Shown here piece after piece: positions 26,592-36,368 of a stretch of 56,952 nt of DNA. The translations under genes were made by a program, and so were the position numbers. Source of the stretch: Chromatiaceae bacterium (GTDB lineage Bacteria > Pseudomonadota > Gammaproteobacteria > Chromatiales > Chromatiaceae); assembly GCA_049654905.1 (NCBI GenBank), contig JBASIS010000047.1, positions 1 to 56,952 on the forward strand, given 5' to 3'. Positions within the stretch are counted from its first letter, which is position 1. Each line of letters begins with the position of its first letter. The notes below the pieces were generated by a model. It ran no database searches and had not been told where the DNA came from. It was given only the letters and a program-made list of their open reading frames with translations.

Positions 26592-27218
26592 TTACCAGTA
26601 GGCCAGGAGCCTCCCGCCCTCGACCTGGTGCTCGAAGCAGCGCAGGGGCCGGTTGCCGACCTCGACGCATTCGCCGGTGGTGAGGTCGAAGGCCCAGTGA
26701 TGCTTGGGGCAGGTCAGGCGGCCATCGACCAGGGCCAGGTGGGGGATGTTGGTCTCCTGGTGGGGGCAGCGGGAGTCATAGACCCGGAAGTCGTCGCCGG
26801 TGCGGTAGATGTAGAGGGAGCGGCCATCGGCCTCGACGAAGGAGACCTTGCCATCGGCCAGGTCGGCTAGCGCGGCCAGGTCGTGCCATTCCGGCTGGGC
26901 ATCCAGGTTTTCCGGACGGAATTCGGGCAGGTCCATCTTCAGGAGGATATCCGTGGCCCAGACGATCTTGGCCAGGCCCAGGACCGGGAAGGCCATGAGC
27001 AGGGCGTCGATGATCTCGTGAGGGCTGGCGCCATTGCGCATCGCCCGCGTCAGGTATTGCTTGAAGCCGGGCTCGGTCTGGACCGCGACCTTGGTGATGA
27101 CCGAGATGAGGTCGCGCGTGCGGACATCTAGGTGGTCGCCGGCCTTCTTAAGAAAGGTGAAATAGCTGGTCATGGCCTCCGGGCGGACCTTGACCAGGTA
27201 ATTAAGGGCGTCGCTCAT
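26592..27218 (-). CDS. Carboxymuconolactone-decarboxylase (AhpD-like) domain fused to a Rieske [2Fe-2S] domain
   Basis: N-terminal CMD-like DLISVITKVAVQ...ASPHEIIDALLMAFPVLG; C-terminal Rieske ligands CPHQ and CPKHHW. Start at ATG (rc) 27218 (MSDALNYL). Confidence 0.7.
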   Translation of the reverse strand: MSDALNYLVKVRPEAMTSYFTFLKKAGDHLDVRTRDLISVITKVAVQTEPGFKQYLTRAMRNGASPHEIIDALLMAFPVLGLAKIVWATDILLKMDLPEFRPENLDAQPEWHDLAALADLADGKVSFVEADGRSLYIYRTGDDFRVYDSRCPHQETNIPHLALVDGRLTCPKHHWAFDLTTGECVEVGNRPLRCFEHQVEGGRLLAYW

Positions 27219-27379
27219 GCTCTTACTCCCGCGTGATGGACTGTCACCCCGGAAATGGGATGATGGACGCATTATCCGCGCCAAGGGGAGAGAATTCGAG
27301 GTGGCCAGGTCATGAAAATCGCCAATTCCCGCCCAGTCCCCGCGCCAAGGAGGGGCGGCTCTGCTATCTTTCCCGGACC

Positions 27380-28492
27380 ATGAATGCCGCCCACTTCACC
27401 GACCCGCAAACCGGTTTCGCTGCCTATGACCCCGTCCAGGCCGAGGCCGCGCGCCGGCTCGCGGCCTTGCATGCCACTCTGGCGCAAACGCCCATCCCGG
27501 GTCCGGCCCGGCGAGGATTAGCGGGCCGGATCAGGTCGCGCTTCAAGCCGCTGCCCGCGCCGGCGCCCGTCCCGGGCCTGTATCTCTGGGGGGGCGTCGG
27601 GCGGGGCAAGACCTATTTGATGGACTGGTTTGCCGAGGCCCTGCCCCTGCCGGGTAAGCAGCGGCTCCATTTTCATCACCTGATGCGCGACCTGCATGAG
27701 GAGATGGCGGGCCTGCCGCGCCAGCCGGACCCGCTGGAACTGGTCGCGGAGCGGCGCTGCCAGGATCTGCGGGTGCTGTGCCTGGATGAGTTCGTGGTCA
27801 CGGACATCGCCGACGCCACCCTGCTGCATGGCCTGTTGCGCGCCTTCTTCCGCCGGGGCGTGACCCTGGTGACGACCTCCAACACCCCGCCGGACCGTCT
27901 CTATCTCAACGGCCTGCAACGCCCACTCTTTCTCCCCGCCATCGCCCTCCTCAAGCAGCATACCCAGGTGTTCGAGCTGGATGGCGGCGTCGATTACCGG
28001 CTGCAAACCCTGCGGGAGGATGGCGTTTATCACCATGCCGCGGAGGGCGACGCCGATGCCCATCTCTCCGCTACCTTCGCGCGCCTGGCGGGTGGGCATC
28101 AGGGCGGGCCGGCGGCACTGCATATCAACGGCCGCGACATCCCGGCGCGCCGGCTGGGGCCCGACCTGGCCTGGTTCGATTTCGAGGTGCTATGCGGTGG
28201 CCCCCGCGCCGCCGCCGATTACATCGAGATTGGGCGGGAGTTTCACACCGTTCTGCTCTCCGGGGTGCCCCGCCTCACCGCCCGTCAGGACGCGGCGGCG
28301 CGGCGCTTCCTGCACTTGGTGGACGAGCTTTATGATCGCCGTGTCAAGCTCATCCTCAGCGCCGCGGTGCCCCTGGAGGAGCTGTATTCCGGCGAACTGC
28401 ACGAATTTGCTCATGAGCGCCTGACGAGCCGGCTGGTGGAGATGCAGTCAACCGGCTATCTCGCCGCCGGGGGCGATGCGCGAGCGCCTTAA
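27380..28492 (+). CDS. zapE: Cell-division ATPase ZapE (AFG1-like)
   Basis: GLYLWGGVGRGKTYLMDWF Walker A, LCLDEFVVTD Walker B; start at ATG 27380 (MNAAHF). Confidence 0.88.
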   Translation: MNAAHFTDPQTGFAAYDPVQAEAARRLAALHATLAQTPIPGPARRGLAGRIRSRFKPLPAPAPVPGLYLWGGVGRGKTYLMDWFAEALPLPGKQRLHFHHLMRDLHEEMAGLPRQPDPLELVAERRCQDLRVLCLDEFVVTDIADATLLHGLLRAFFRRGVTLVTTSNTPPDRLYLNGLQRPLFLPAIALLKQHTQVFELDGGVDYRLQTLREDGVYHHAAEGDADAHLSATFARLAGGHQGGPAALHINGRDIPARRLGPDLAWFDFEVLCGGPRAAADYIEIGREFHTVLLSGVPRLTARQDAAARRFLHLVDELYDRRVKLILSAAVPLEELYSGELHEFAHERLTSRLVEMQSTGYLAAGGDARAP

Positions 28493-29091
28493 CTCGGGGT
28501 TGGGGCGTCGCCCTGGTAGGTCGCGAGCAGCCGCCGAAACCGGCCCCAGTCGAAGGCCGGACCCGGGTCCGTCTTGCGTCCGGGGGCAATGGCGCTATGG
28601 CCGACGATGCGTTCTGGGGTGATGGCGGGAAAACGCGCCAGGAGGTCGCGGCTGGTCTCGGCCAGGACCTGGTACTGGGCGGTGGTGTAGGGCACCTCGT
28701 CCGCCCCCTCCAGTTCGATGCCGATGGCGTAGTCGTTGCAGCGCTCCCGGCCCCTGAAGCTTGAGGCCCCGGCGTGCCAGGCGCGTTTATGCAGATCGAC
28801 GTACTGGATGAGTTCGCCATCGCGGTGGATCAGCAGGTGGCTGGAGACGCGCAGCCCGGCGATAGGGCGAAAATAGGGATGGGCCTCGGGGTCGAGGCGG
28901 TTCTGGAAGAGGGCGTCGATCCAGGGGCCGCCAAAGTCTCCGGGCGGCAAGCTGACCCCATGGATGACCAGCAGATCCACCGAGATACCGGGCGGGCGCT
29001 CATCCCAGTTGGGGGAGAGGCGTCGCCGGGCCTGCGGTAGCCAACCGGGGCCCAACTCTCCTGTGGGTGCCAGGCCCGGGTCCCTGTCCAT
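28489..29091 (-). CDS. ampD: 1,6-anhydro-N-acetylmuramyl-L-alanine amidase AmpD
   Basis: SPNWDERPPG...LLVIHGVSLPPG...HAGASSFRGRERCNDYAIGIELEG...GHSAIAPGRKTDPGP. Confidence 0.9.
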   Translation of the reverse strand: MDRDPGLAPTGELGPGWLPQARRRLSPNWDERPPGISVDLLVIHGVSLPPGDFGGPWIDALFQNRLDPEAHPYFRPIAGLRVSSHLLIHRDGELIQYVDLHKRAWHAGASSFRGRERCNDYAIGIELEGADEVPYTTAQYQVLAETSRDLLARFPAITPERIVGHSAIAPGRKTDPGPAFDWGRFRRLLATYQGDAPTPS

Positions 29092-29100
29092 GCGCGGCGC

Positions 29101-29505
29101 TCAGAGGTGGGGCACCAGGCCCTTCATCACCAGGTCGGTGAGGCTCACCACCCCTAGCACTTCCCGGTCCTTGACCACCGGCGCCCGACTCAGGTCGAAG
29201 CGGTCGAAGAGGCGGGCGCAATAGCGGATATCCATGTCGGGATGCACGGTAATGGCCGGCTTGACCATGATCTCGTAGATGTTGACGCGGTCCGGGGCCC
29301 GGTCTTTGGCCAGCACCTCCCGGGCGATATCGGACAGAACGACGATGCCCAGTTCATCGTGCTCGCTGCGCGGCTTGACGATCAGGGTCTTGGTATCGAT
29401 GTGGCGCATGGCCTCCAGGGCGGCGGCCACCGTCGCCATGCCATCGACCAGATCGAAATGGGGCTTCATGACATCGCGGACGCGGATCAGGGGTCGGGTG
29501 CTCAT
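29101..29505 (-). CDS. CBS-pair domain protein
   Basis: Two CBS repeats (VRDVMKPHFDLVDGMATVAAALEAM...; IYEIMVKPAITVHPDMDIRYCARLF...VVSLTDLV). Confidence 0.8.
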   Translation of the reverse strand: MSTRPLIRVRDVMKPHFDLVDGMATVAAALEAMRHIDTKTLIVKPRSEHDELGIVVLSDIAREVLAKDRAPDRVNIYEIMVKPAITVHPDMDIRYCARLFDRFDLSRAPVVKDREVLGVVSLTDLVMKGLVPHL

Positions 29506-29508
29506 GGC

Positions 29509-29859
29509 TCAAAGCTCCTCTTCAACAAGTTCCGTCAGCTTGCGGACCTGGTGATCGATGCCGACCGCGTCCTCCACATCGACCTGAAAGGCAATGCCGG
29601 ACCCCGGTCGGTCGCGGAAGCCACCGGCCTGGGCGATGGTCTCCAGGATGTGCCGGCTGAGGTGCTCCTCCACCAGCAACAGGATGACATCCCGTTGGGT
29701 CTCCAGGGTCAGACCGAAGAAGGTCTTGGTCTTCTCGGCCCCTTCGCCCCGGGCCTGGTTGATGACGGTGGAGCCCGTGGCGCCAGCCTTGCGGGCGGCA
29801 TCCAGGACGGCCTGGGTCGATCGGTCCTCGACGAAGGCCAGAATCAGTTTGAAGTGCAT
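29509..29859 (-). CDS. P-II-like signal-transduction protein (116 aa)
   Basis: MHFKLILAFVEDRSTQAVLDAARKAGATGSTVINQARGEG... has the P-II fold pattern. Start at ATG (rc) 29859; the track ORF upstream extension is rejected. Confidence 0.7.
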   Translation of the reverse strand: MHFKLILAFVEDRSTQAVLDAARKAGATGSTVINQARGEGAEKTKTFFGLTLETQRDVILLLVEEHLSRHILETIAQAGGFRDRPGSGIAFQVDVEDAVGIDHQVRKLTELVEEEL

Positions 29860-29915
29860 GGATCTTAATCCTCGCGATACGGGGGGCTGGGTGTTGGACG
29901 GCCAGGGGCTTGGGG

Positions 29916-31451
29916 TCAATCCCCCGATGCCGCCCGTGCCGCGGGGGAAGGCGCTTCCTTCTGGGGGGAGTTTGTCCTGCGCAGCCACCAGTGGGCAAGC
30001 ATGCCGTAGGACATGACGATGATCATGGGTAGCAGGGATGCGAAGGCAATCAGACCAAAGCCGTCTATCATGGGATCGCGTCCCGGAGTGCGTTCGGCGA
30101 GACCGACGCCCAGCGCTGTGACCAGCGGCACGGTGACCGTCGAGGTGGTAACGCCGCCGCAGTCGAAGGCGATCGGGACGATGAAGCGTGGCGCCAATTT
30201 GGCCATGGCCAACACCAGCAGGTAGCCCGGGATCAGCCAATAGGCGATATTGGTGCCATCAACGATGCGCGCACAGCCGATCATAATGCCGATCCCGACG
30301 CCGACCGAAACCAGGGATCGCAGCCACAGGCCGTTCAATTGGCCGACACTGACCTTATCGGCCTTGATTGACAGGGCGATCAGCGCGGGTTCGGCCATGG
30401 TTGTGGCAAAGCCGATCAGAAAGCCATAGAGATAGAGCACCCACAGGGAGACACCGTCGCGCATCAGTCCCTGGGTCATCTCGTCGCCCAGCGGGAAGAG
30501 CCCGACTTGCAGGCCTTCGTCGAACATGTAGAGCCCCAGGGCCACCAGCAGCATGCCGACCGCCAGGCCCTTGGGGTTGGCCAAGGGCCGCCGCAGGATG
30601 ACATAACTCGACAACAGGACCACGGCGATGATCGGCAAGAGATTGCGGACCATGTGCAGAAAGTCGGTCAATATTTCCAGGGCGGGGTGGAGGTGGTGGG
30701 GCTCCGGGGGCAAGGCTAGCGCGATGGCGGCCTGATCGGCGGGCACGAAAAAGAGAATGCCGTAGATCTGGATAATGATCATGGGTGCCAGGGCACCGAA
30801 GGCGATGAGGCCGAAGCCATCGAGCATGGGATTGCGGCCGCTGATCGTCATGGCCAGGCCGACGCCGAGCGCCGCCAACATGGGCGCGGTAACCGTGGAC
30901 GCGACCACCCCGCCGGAATCAAAGGCCAGGCCAACCAGTTCTGGCGGCGCGAAGGCGGTGGAAATGATGACGATCAGGTAACCGGGGATCAAATAATGGG
31001 CGATAGAATGTCCGCGCACGATGCGCCAGACGCCCACCATGACCGCCAGACCCACGCCCAGGGCCGCCACCATGCGCAGGGTCAGGGCGCCCATGCTCCC
31101 ACCCGATACCGCCTCGGCCTTGTAGGCCACCGCCATCAAGGCCGGCTCGGCGGCTACCGAGGCGAAGCTGATGGAGAAGGCGAACAGCATTAGCCAGAGG
31201 AAGGAGCCCCGGCGGGCATAGTCGTAAGCCATCGTTTCGCCGATGGGAAAGATGGCCACGTCGAGGCCCTTGACGAACAAGGCCAGGCCGAGGAGCACGA
31301 CGGCAAAGCCACCGACGAGCGCTACAGGGTTATCCGGCAGGTGCTGAATAAAGAAGGCCTGGAAAATGACCACGACGATCAGGGTCGGGGCCAGATCCCG
31401 AGCCGCGTCGTAGAGCAGTTCGCGGACGGCGTGGATCAGTGCGACAGCCAT
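29916..31451 (-). CDS. Integral membrane protein with two tandem DUF1538-like repeats
   Basis: Internal duplication visible: AFDSGGVVASTVTAPMLAALGVGLAMTISGRNPMLDGFGLIAFGALAPMIIIQIYG versus AFDCGGVTTSTVTVPLVTALGVGLAERTPGRDPMIDGFGLIAFASLLPMIIVMSYG. Confidence 0.7.
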   Translation of the reverse strand: MAVALIHAVRELLYDAARDLAPTLIVVVIFQAFFIQHLPDNPVALVGGFAVVLLGLALFVKGLDVAIFPIGETMAYDYARRGSFLWLMLFAFSISFASVAAEPALMAVAYKAEAVSGGSMGALTLRMVAALGVGLAVMVGVWRIVRGHSIAHYLIPGYLIVIISTAFAPPELVGLAFDSGGVVASTVTAPMLAALGVGLAMTISGRNPMLDGFGLIAFGALAPMIIIQIYGILFFVPADQAAIALALPPEPHHLHPALEILTDFLHMVRNLLPIIAVVLLSSYVILRRPLANPKGLAVGMLLVALGLYMFDEGLQVGLFPLGDEMTQGLMRDGVSLWVLYLYGFLIGFATTMAEPALIALSIKADKVSVGQLNGLWLRSLVSVGVGIGIMIGCARIVDGTNIAYWLIPGYLLVLAMAKLAPRFIVPIAFDCGGVTTSTVTVPLVTALGVGLAERTPGRDPMIDGFGLIAFASLLPMIIVMSYGMLAHWWLRRTNSPQKEAPSPAARAASGD

Positions 31452-31772
31452 GCCTGCCCCGTTTCTTGAAGGCCTTGCGCGGGCGACATCCCGCGGGATA
31501 ATCGGGCGGGGTACTGCTGCTGGTCTGTCATCGGCTCTTGAAGAAATCCAATAAAATTATGTAATAAAGCGTTGCTGGCAGTAACAGCCCTTACCGAGGC
31601 CAAGGGCCATGCCCAACAGAAAGATCCCTCGGCTGCGAGGTTTTGGGGGGTCGCCGGTGGCCTTGGCGCGGGCGGTTCAGGCAATCTGTCGGTACAATGC
31701 TGGCTGGATTGTAACAAAATAATTAAAAATGGCGAGGGCCTAGGGTTGCCGCCAAGAAGAGGTAGATTTTTC

Positions 31773-32654
31773 ATGAGTCAAGACATGTCTTCCCCCCTGC
31801 CGCCAGGGGACGCGCCCGCACCCCTGGACCACCGTATCATCACCGACCAGGTCCGCGCCGCCCTGGTGGAGGACCTCGGAGATGGGGATCGCACCGCCCG
31901 CCTGCTGCCGGCGGACCAGGTCGCGCGGGTGGAGCTGATCACCCGCCAGGAGGCGGTCATCTGCGGTCGCGCCTGGTTTGACGAGACCTTCCACCAGATC
32001 GATGGCCGTGTCGTCAGCGACTGGCGGGTGAGCGACGGGGATCGCGTCGGCCCCGGCGACTGTCTGTGCCGAATGCAGGGCCCCACCCGTGCCCTCCTCA
32101 CGGGGGAGCGTACCGCCATGAACTTCCTGCAGACCCTGTCTGGCACCGCCACCCGTGCCCGCCATTACGCCCAGGTCGTCGCGGATCTGCCGGTGCGCCT
32201 CCTCGACACCCGCAAGACCATCCCGGGTCTGCGTCTGGCCCAGAAATACGCCGTGCGCTGTGGCGGCTGCCACAACCACCGCCTGGGGCTGTTTGACGCC
32301 ATCCTGATCAAGGAGAACCACATCCTGGCGGCGGGCTCCATCGCCGCCGCCCTCGCCGCCGCCCGCGATCTGGCCGAGGGTCTTCCGGTGGAGATCGAGG
32401 TCGAAAGCCTCGCCGAGGTCGAGCAGGCCCTGGCGGCGGGCGGTACCCACCTCCTCCTGGACAACTTTAGCCCCGAGGCCCTGCGTCAGGCGGTGCGCCT
32501 GGTCGCGGGTCGCGCCCGTCTGGAGGCCTCCGGTGGCATCACCCTGGAGACCCTGCGAGTCATCGCCGAGACCGGCGTGGACGACATCTCCATCGGTGAT
32601 TTGACGAAGGATCTGGTTAGCGTCGATCTCTCCATGCGGTTTTTGCCGGCTTGA
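31773..32654 (+). CDS. nadC: Nicotinate-nucleotide pyrophosphorylase (quinolinate phosphoribosyltransferase)
   Basis: [65 protein letters not shown]. Start at ATG 31773. Confidence 0.92.
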   Translation: MSQDMSSPLPPGDAPAPLDHRIITDQVRAALVEDLGDGDRTARLLPADQVARVELITRQEAVICGRAWFDETFHQIDGRVVSDWRVSDGDRVGPGDCLCRMQGPTRALLTGERTAMNFLQTLSGTATRARHYAQVVADLPVRLLDTRKTIPGLRLAQKYAVRCGGCHNHRLGLFDAILIKENHILAAGSIAAALAAARDLAEGLPVEIEVESLAEVEQALAAGGTHLLLDNFSPEALRQAVRLVAGRARLEASGGITLETLRVIAETGVDDISIGDLTKDLVSVDLSMRFLPA

Positions 32655-32826
32655 GCCCAATAGCGAGCTTTGGCCGACCAGTCCCAACAGGAGCTTGGGT
32701 GCCTGGATTCGTCCTTTGGTCCAGTAAGAATTGAGAAATTACCTCGGCTATCTAGGCGAGATCGCCCCGGGTGGCAAGCCGCCCGGTTCCCCCGCAAGCG
32801 ATCAACCCTGACGAAAGGATCGCGCC

Positions 32827-35800
32827 ATGCCCCGCATTTTCGACAATATCGACCAGACCCTGCTACCGGCCTTGCGGGAGACGCTGACGGTGGGCGAGCG
32901 GGCCGACTTCTGCGTCGGCTATTTCAACCTGCGGGGTTGGCGCTATCTGGCGGATCTCATCGACCGCTGGGCGGGTGGCGAGGGCCACTGCTGCCGGCTC
33001 CTTGTCGGGATGCAGTCCACGCCCTCCGAGGAACTGCGCCAGGCCATGCGTATCCCTCTGGGCGGCGAGTCCTTGGAAGAGAGCCTGGACAATCAGACCG
33101 CCCTGCGCGAGAAGCGCCGGCTCGCCGAGGACTTCCGGCGCCAACTCTGTTTCGGCGCGCCCACCAACGAGGACGAGGCGGCCCTGCGCCAACTTGCTTT
33201 GCAGCTCCATCGGCGCCGGCTGCTGGTCAAGGTCTTCCTGTCCCACCCCCTGCACGCCAAGCTGTATCTCGTCCACCGGCGGGATGCCAACAACCCCATG
33301 ACGGGCTTCGTCGGTAGCAGCAACCTCACCATGGCCGGCCTGGCCAAGCAGGGGGAGCTGAACGTCGATGTGTTGGACCATGATGCCTGTGCCAAGCTGG
33401 CGGATTGGTTCGAGGACCGCTGGCGGGAGCGCTGGTGCCTCGACATCTCCCAGGAACTGGCCGCCATTATCGACGCGAGCTGGGCCGCCGACCGCCTGGT
33501 CCCGCCCTATCACGTCTATCTCAAGATGGCCTATCACCTGGCCCAGGAGGCACGTACCGGACTGCTGGAATTTCGCATCCCGGCCATCTTTGGCGACGCC
33601 CTCTTCGATTTTCAGGTGGCGGCGGTGAAGATTGCCGCCCACCATCTCAACAAGCGCGGTGGCGTTCTCATCGGCGATGTCGTGGGCCTGGGCAAGTCCC
33701 TGATGGCCACCGCCCTGGCCAAGATTTTCGAGGACGACTTCGCCACCGAGACCCTCATTATCTGCCCCAAAAACCTGGTGACCATGTGGGAGGACTATGT
33801 CCACCGCTACCGGCTCCATGCCAAGGTCATGTCCCTGTCCCGGGTCCTGACTGAGCTGCCGGAGCGGACCCGCCGCTACCGGGTGGTGCTGATCGATGAG
33901 TCCCACAATCTGCGCAACAAGGAGGGCAAGCGCTGGCGGACCATCCGCGACTACATTGATCGCAACGACAGCCTGTGCATTCTGCTGTCCGCCACCCCCT
34001 ATAACAAGACCTATCTGGACCTGTCCGCCCAGATCTCGCTCTTCCTCAAGGAGGATGCGGACATCGGCATCCGCCCGGAACGCCAGATCGCTGCCATGGG
34101 TGGCGAGCACGCCTTCGCCGCCCGTCATCAATGCCCGGTCTGTTCCCTGGCCGCCTTCAATAAGAGCGAGGACCCGGACGACTGGCGGGAGCTGATGCGC
34201 CTCTACATGGTGCGCCGCACCCGTGGCTTCATCATGCAGAACTATGCCCAGGAGGATGAGCGGGGGCGTTACCTGATTTTCCCCGATGGCACCAAATCCT
34301 ATTTTCCCCGGCGCCTGCCCCGGAACATCAGCTTCCCTATCCGGGACGAGGACCCCGACGACGCCTACGCCCGCTTCTATTCCGCCCCGGTGGTCAACAC
34401 CATCAACACCCTGATCCTGCCCCGCTATGGCCTGGGCAACTATCTCGCTCCCCAACCGAAACACCCGCCCACCCCCCACCAGGAACGCCTGATCGCCGGC
34501 CTGTCCCGGGCCGGGACCCGCCTGATGGGCTTTTGTCGTACCAACCTCTTCAAGCGCCTGGAGAGCGCTGGCCCTGCCTTTTTGCTCTCCATCGAGCGGC
34601 ACATTCTGCGCAATTTCATCGTCCTGCACGCCATCGATGCGGGGTTGGAAATCCCCCTGGGAACCCAGGCCGCCGCCCTGTTGGACCCCACCTATTACGA
34701 CGGGGATGCCGATGACATCCTGGCGCCGGGGGTCGGGACCGGTGTGGAAGAGGACGACAACGAGGAGGGGATCCCGGATGGGCGGGCAGCGGAAGAGGGT
34801 GCCCGTCACGGAGGTACCCATGAAGCGGGTGGTGACGCCCCCGGACCTGTCGCGACTTCACCCTCGGGCCTGCGCACCGAGGCTGACTTCCGAGACCGCG
34901 CCCGGTTGGTGTATGCCAGCTTCGGCGGTCCTCTCAAGAGCCGCTTCAAGTGGTTGCCTTGCCATCTATTTATCCCAGACCTCGCCCAGGACCTGCTCGC
35001 CGATGCACGCGCCCTGATCGGTGTCCTGGCGACCTGTGGTGATTGGGACCCACGCCGGGATGCCAAGCTGGCGGAGTTGCACCGGCTCATCAGCCAGGTC
35101 CACTCCGAGGAAAAGCTGCTGATCTTCACCCAGTTCGCCGATACGGCGCGATATCTGGCCAGCCAGCTCAGGTTGCGGGGCGTCAAGGCCATTGACCAGG
35201 CCACGGGGCAGAGCGCGGACCCGACGGCACTGGCCTGGCGCTTCGCCCCCGACGCGAACGCCAAGCGCGCTCAAATCCCCAAATCCGCCGAGTTGCGCGT
35301 GCTCATCGCCACCGATGTCCTCTCCGAGGGCCAGAATCTCCAGGACGGCGCCATTGTCGTCAATTACGACTTGCCTTGGGCCATCATCCGCCTCATCCAA
35401 CGCGCCGGCCGCGTGGACCGTATCGGCCAGCGCGCCGACCGCATCCTCTGCTACTCCTTCGTCCCCGCGGACGGCGTCGAGCGTCTCATCCGCCTGCGCC
35501 AGCGCGTCCGCCAGCGTCTGGCCCAGAACGCCGAGGTCGTGGGCTCCGACGAGAGCTTTTTCGAGGATGATCCGGACGATCAGGGTATTCGCGATCTCTA
35601 CACCGAACGGAATGGCATCCTGGATGACGACAGCGACACGGAGGTGGACCTCGCCTCCTTTGCCTATCAGATCTGGAAGAATGCCACCGACGCCGATCCC
35701 AGCCTGGTCGCCCGGATTGAGGCCCTGCCCGATGTTGTTTACGCCACTAAGGCCCATGCCCCGCTCCCCGCCGCGCCCGCGGGCATCCTGGTGTACACCC

Positions 35801-36330
35801 GTACCGCCCAGGGCAACGATGCCCTAGCCTGGATGGACGAAGCCGGTAACCCGGTTACTCAGTCCCAGCTCACCATCCTCAAGGCCGCCGCCTGCCCCGC
35901 CGATACCGAGGCCCTGGCCCGGGGCGAGCACCATCACGCCCTCACCCAGCAGGGACTCAGGCACATCATGGACGAGGAAAAATGCTTTGGGGGCACCCTG
36001 GGTCGGCCCTCTGGCGCCCGCTACAAGACCTATGAGCGGCTCAAACGCCATCGCGCCCACTTGGGCGACCGGCGCGACCTCTTCGTCACCGACGAACATA
36101 TCCGCCAGCTTGACCGGGCTCTGGAGGAGATCTATCGCTACCCCTTGATGCAGAGCGCCATTGATACCCTCAACCGCCAGCTCAAGGCCCGGATTGAAGA
36201 CCACCAGCTCGCCGACCTGATCCTCCGCTTGCGCGAGGATGGGCGCCTCTGCCTGATCAGCGACGAAGAAGCGTCCCATGAGCCCCGGCTGATCTGTACC
36301 ATGGGCCTGACCCGGCGTGACTCAAACTAG
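32827..36330 (+). CDS. PLD-family (single HKD) nuclease domain fused to an SNF2/Rad54-like SF2 ATPase (1167 aa)
   Basis: HKD motif HPLHAKLYLV...GFVGSSNLTMAGL (H143/K145, nt about 33253); SNF2 motif I GDVVGLGKS (about 33685), motif II VLIDESHNLRN (about 33895), LLSATP, helicase-C ATDVLSEGQNLQD and QRAGRVDRIGQ. Confidence 0.88.
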   Translation: MPRIFDNIDQTLLPALRETLTVGERADFCVGYFNLRGWRYLADLIDRWAGGEGHCCRLLVGMQSTPSEELRQAMRIPLGGESLEESLDNQTALREKRRLAEDFRRQLCFGAPTNEDEAALRQLALQLHRRRLLVKVFLSHPLHAKLYLVHRRDANNPMTGFVGSSNLTMAGLAKQGELNVDVLDHDACAKLADWFEDRWRERWCLDISQELAAIIDASWAADRLVPPYHVYLKMAYHLAQEARTGLLEFRIPAIFGDALFDFQVAAVKIAAHHLNKRGGVLIGDVVGLGKSLMATALAKIFEDDFATETLIICPKNLVTMWEDYVHRYRLHAKVMSLSRVLTELPERTRRYRVVLIDESHNLRNKEGKRWRTIRDYIDRNDSLCILLSATPYNKTYLDLSAQISLFLKEDADIGIRPERQIAAMGGEHAFAARHQCPVCSLAAFNKSEDPDDWRELMRLYMVRRTRGFIMQNYAQEDERGRYLIFPDGTKSYFPRRLPRNISFPIRDEDPDDAYARFYSAPVVNTINTLILPRYGLGNYLAPQPKHPPTPHQERLIAGLSRAGTRLMGFCRTNLFKRLESAGPAFLLSIERHILRNFIVLHAIDAGLEIPLGTQAAALLDPTYYDGDADDILAPGVGTGVEEDDNEEGIPDGRAAEEGARHGGTHEAGGDAPGPVATSPSGLRTEADFRDRARLVYASFGGPLKSRFKWLPCHLFIPDLAQDLLADARALIGVLATCGDWDPRRDAKLAELHRLISQVHSEEKLLIFTQFADTARYLASQLRLRGVKAIDQATGQSADPTALAWRFAPDANAKRAQIPKSAELRVLIATDVLSEGQNLQDGAIVVNYDLPWAIIRLIQRAGRVDRIGQRADRILCYSFVPADGVERLIRLRQRVRQRLAQNAEVVGSDESFFEDDPDDQGIRDLYTERNGILDDDSDTEVDLASFAYQIWKNATDADPSLVARIEALPDVVYATKAHAPLPAAPAGILVYTRTAQGNDALAWMDEAGNPVTQSQLTILKAAACPADTEALARGEHHHALTQQGLRHIMDEEKCFGGTLGRPSGARYKTYERLKRHRAHLGDRRDLFVTDEHIRQLDRALEEIYRYPLMQSAIDTLNRQLKARIEDHQLADLILRLREDGRLCLISDEEASHEPRLICTMGLTRRDSN

Positions 36331-36368
36331 AGAGAAGTACCCATGATCATGGATTCTTGCGCATAACC

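Noticed and set aside
32766-32786. Imperfect hairpin ccgggtggc-aa-gccgcccgg upstream of the PLD-SNF2 gene, as a nadC terminator or cassette regulatory site.
   Set aside because: It has one mismatch and an effectively tiny loop. It lies 110 nt from the nadC stop and has no U-tract, so support is insufficient.
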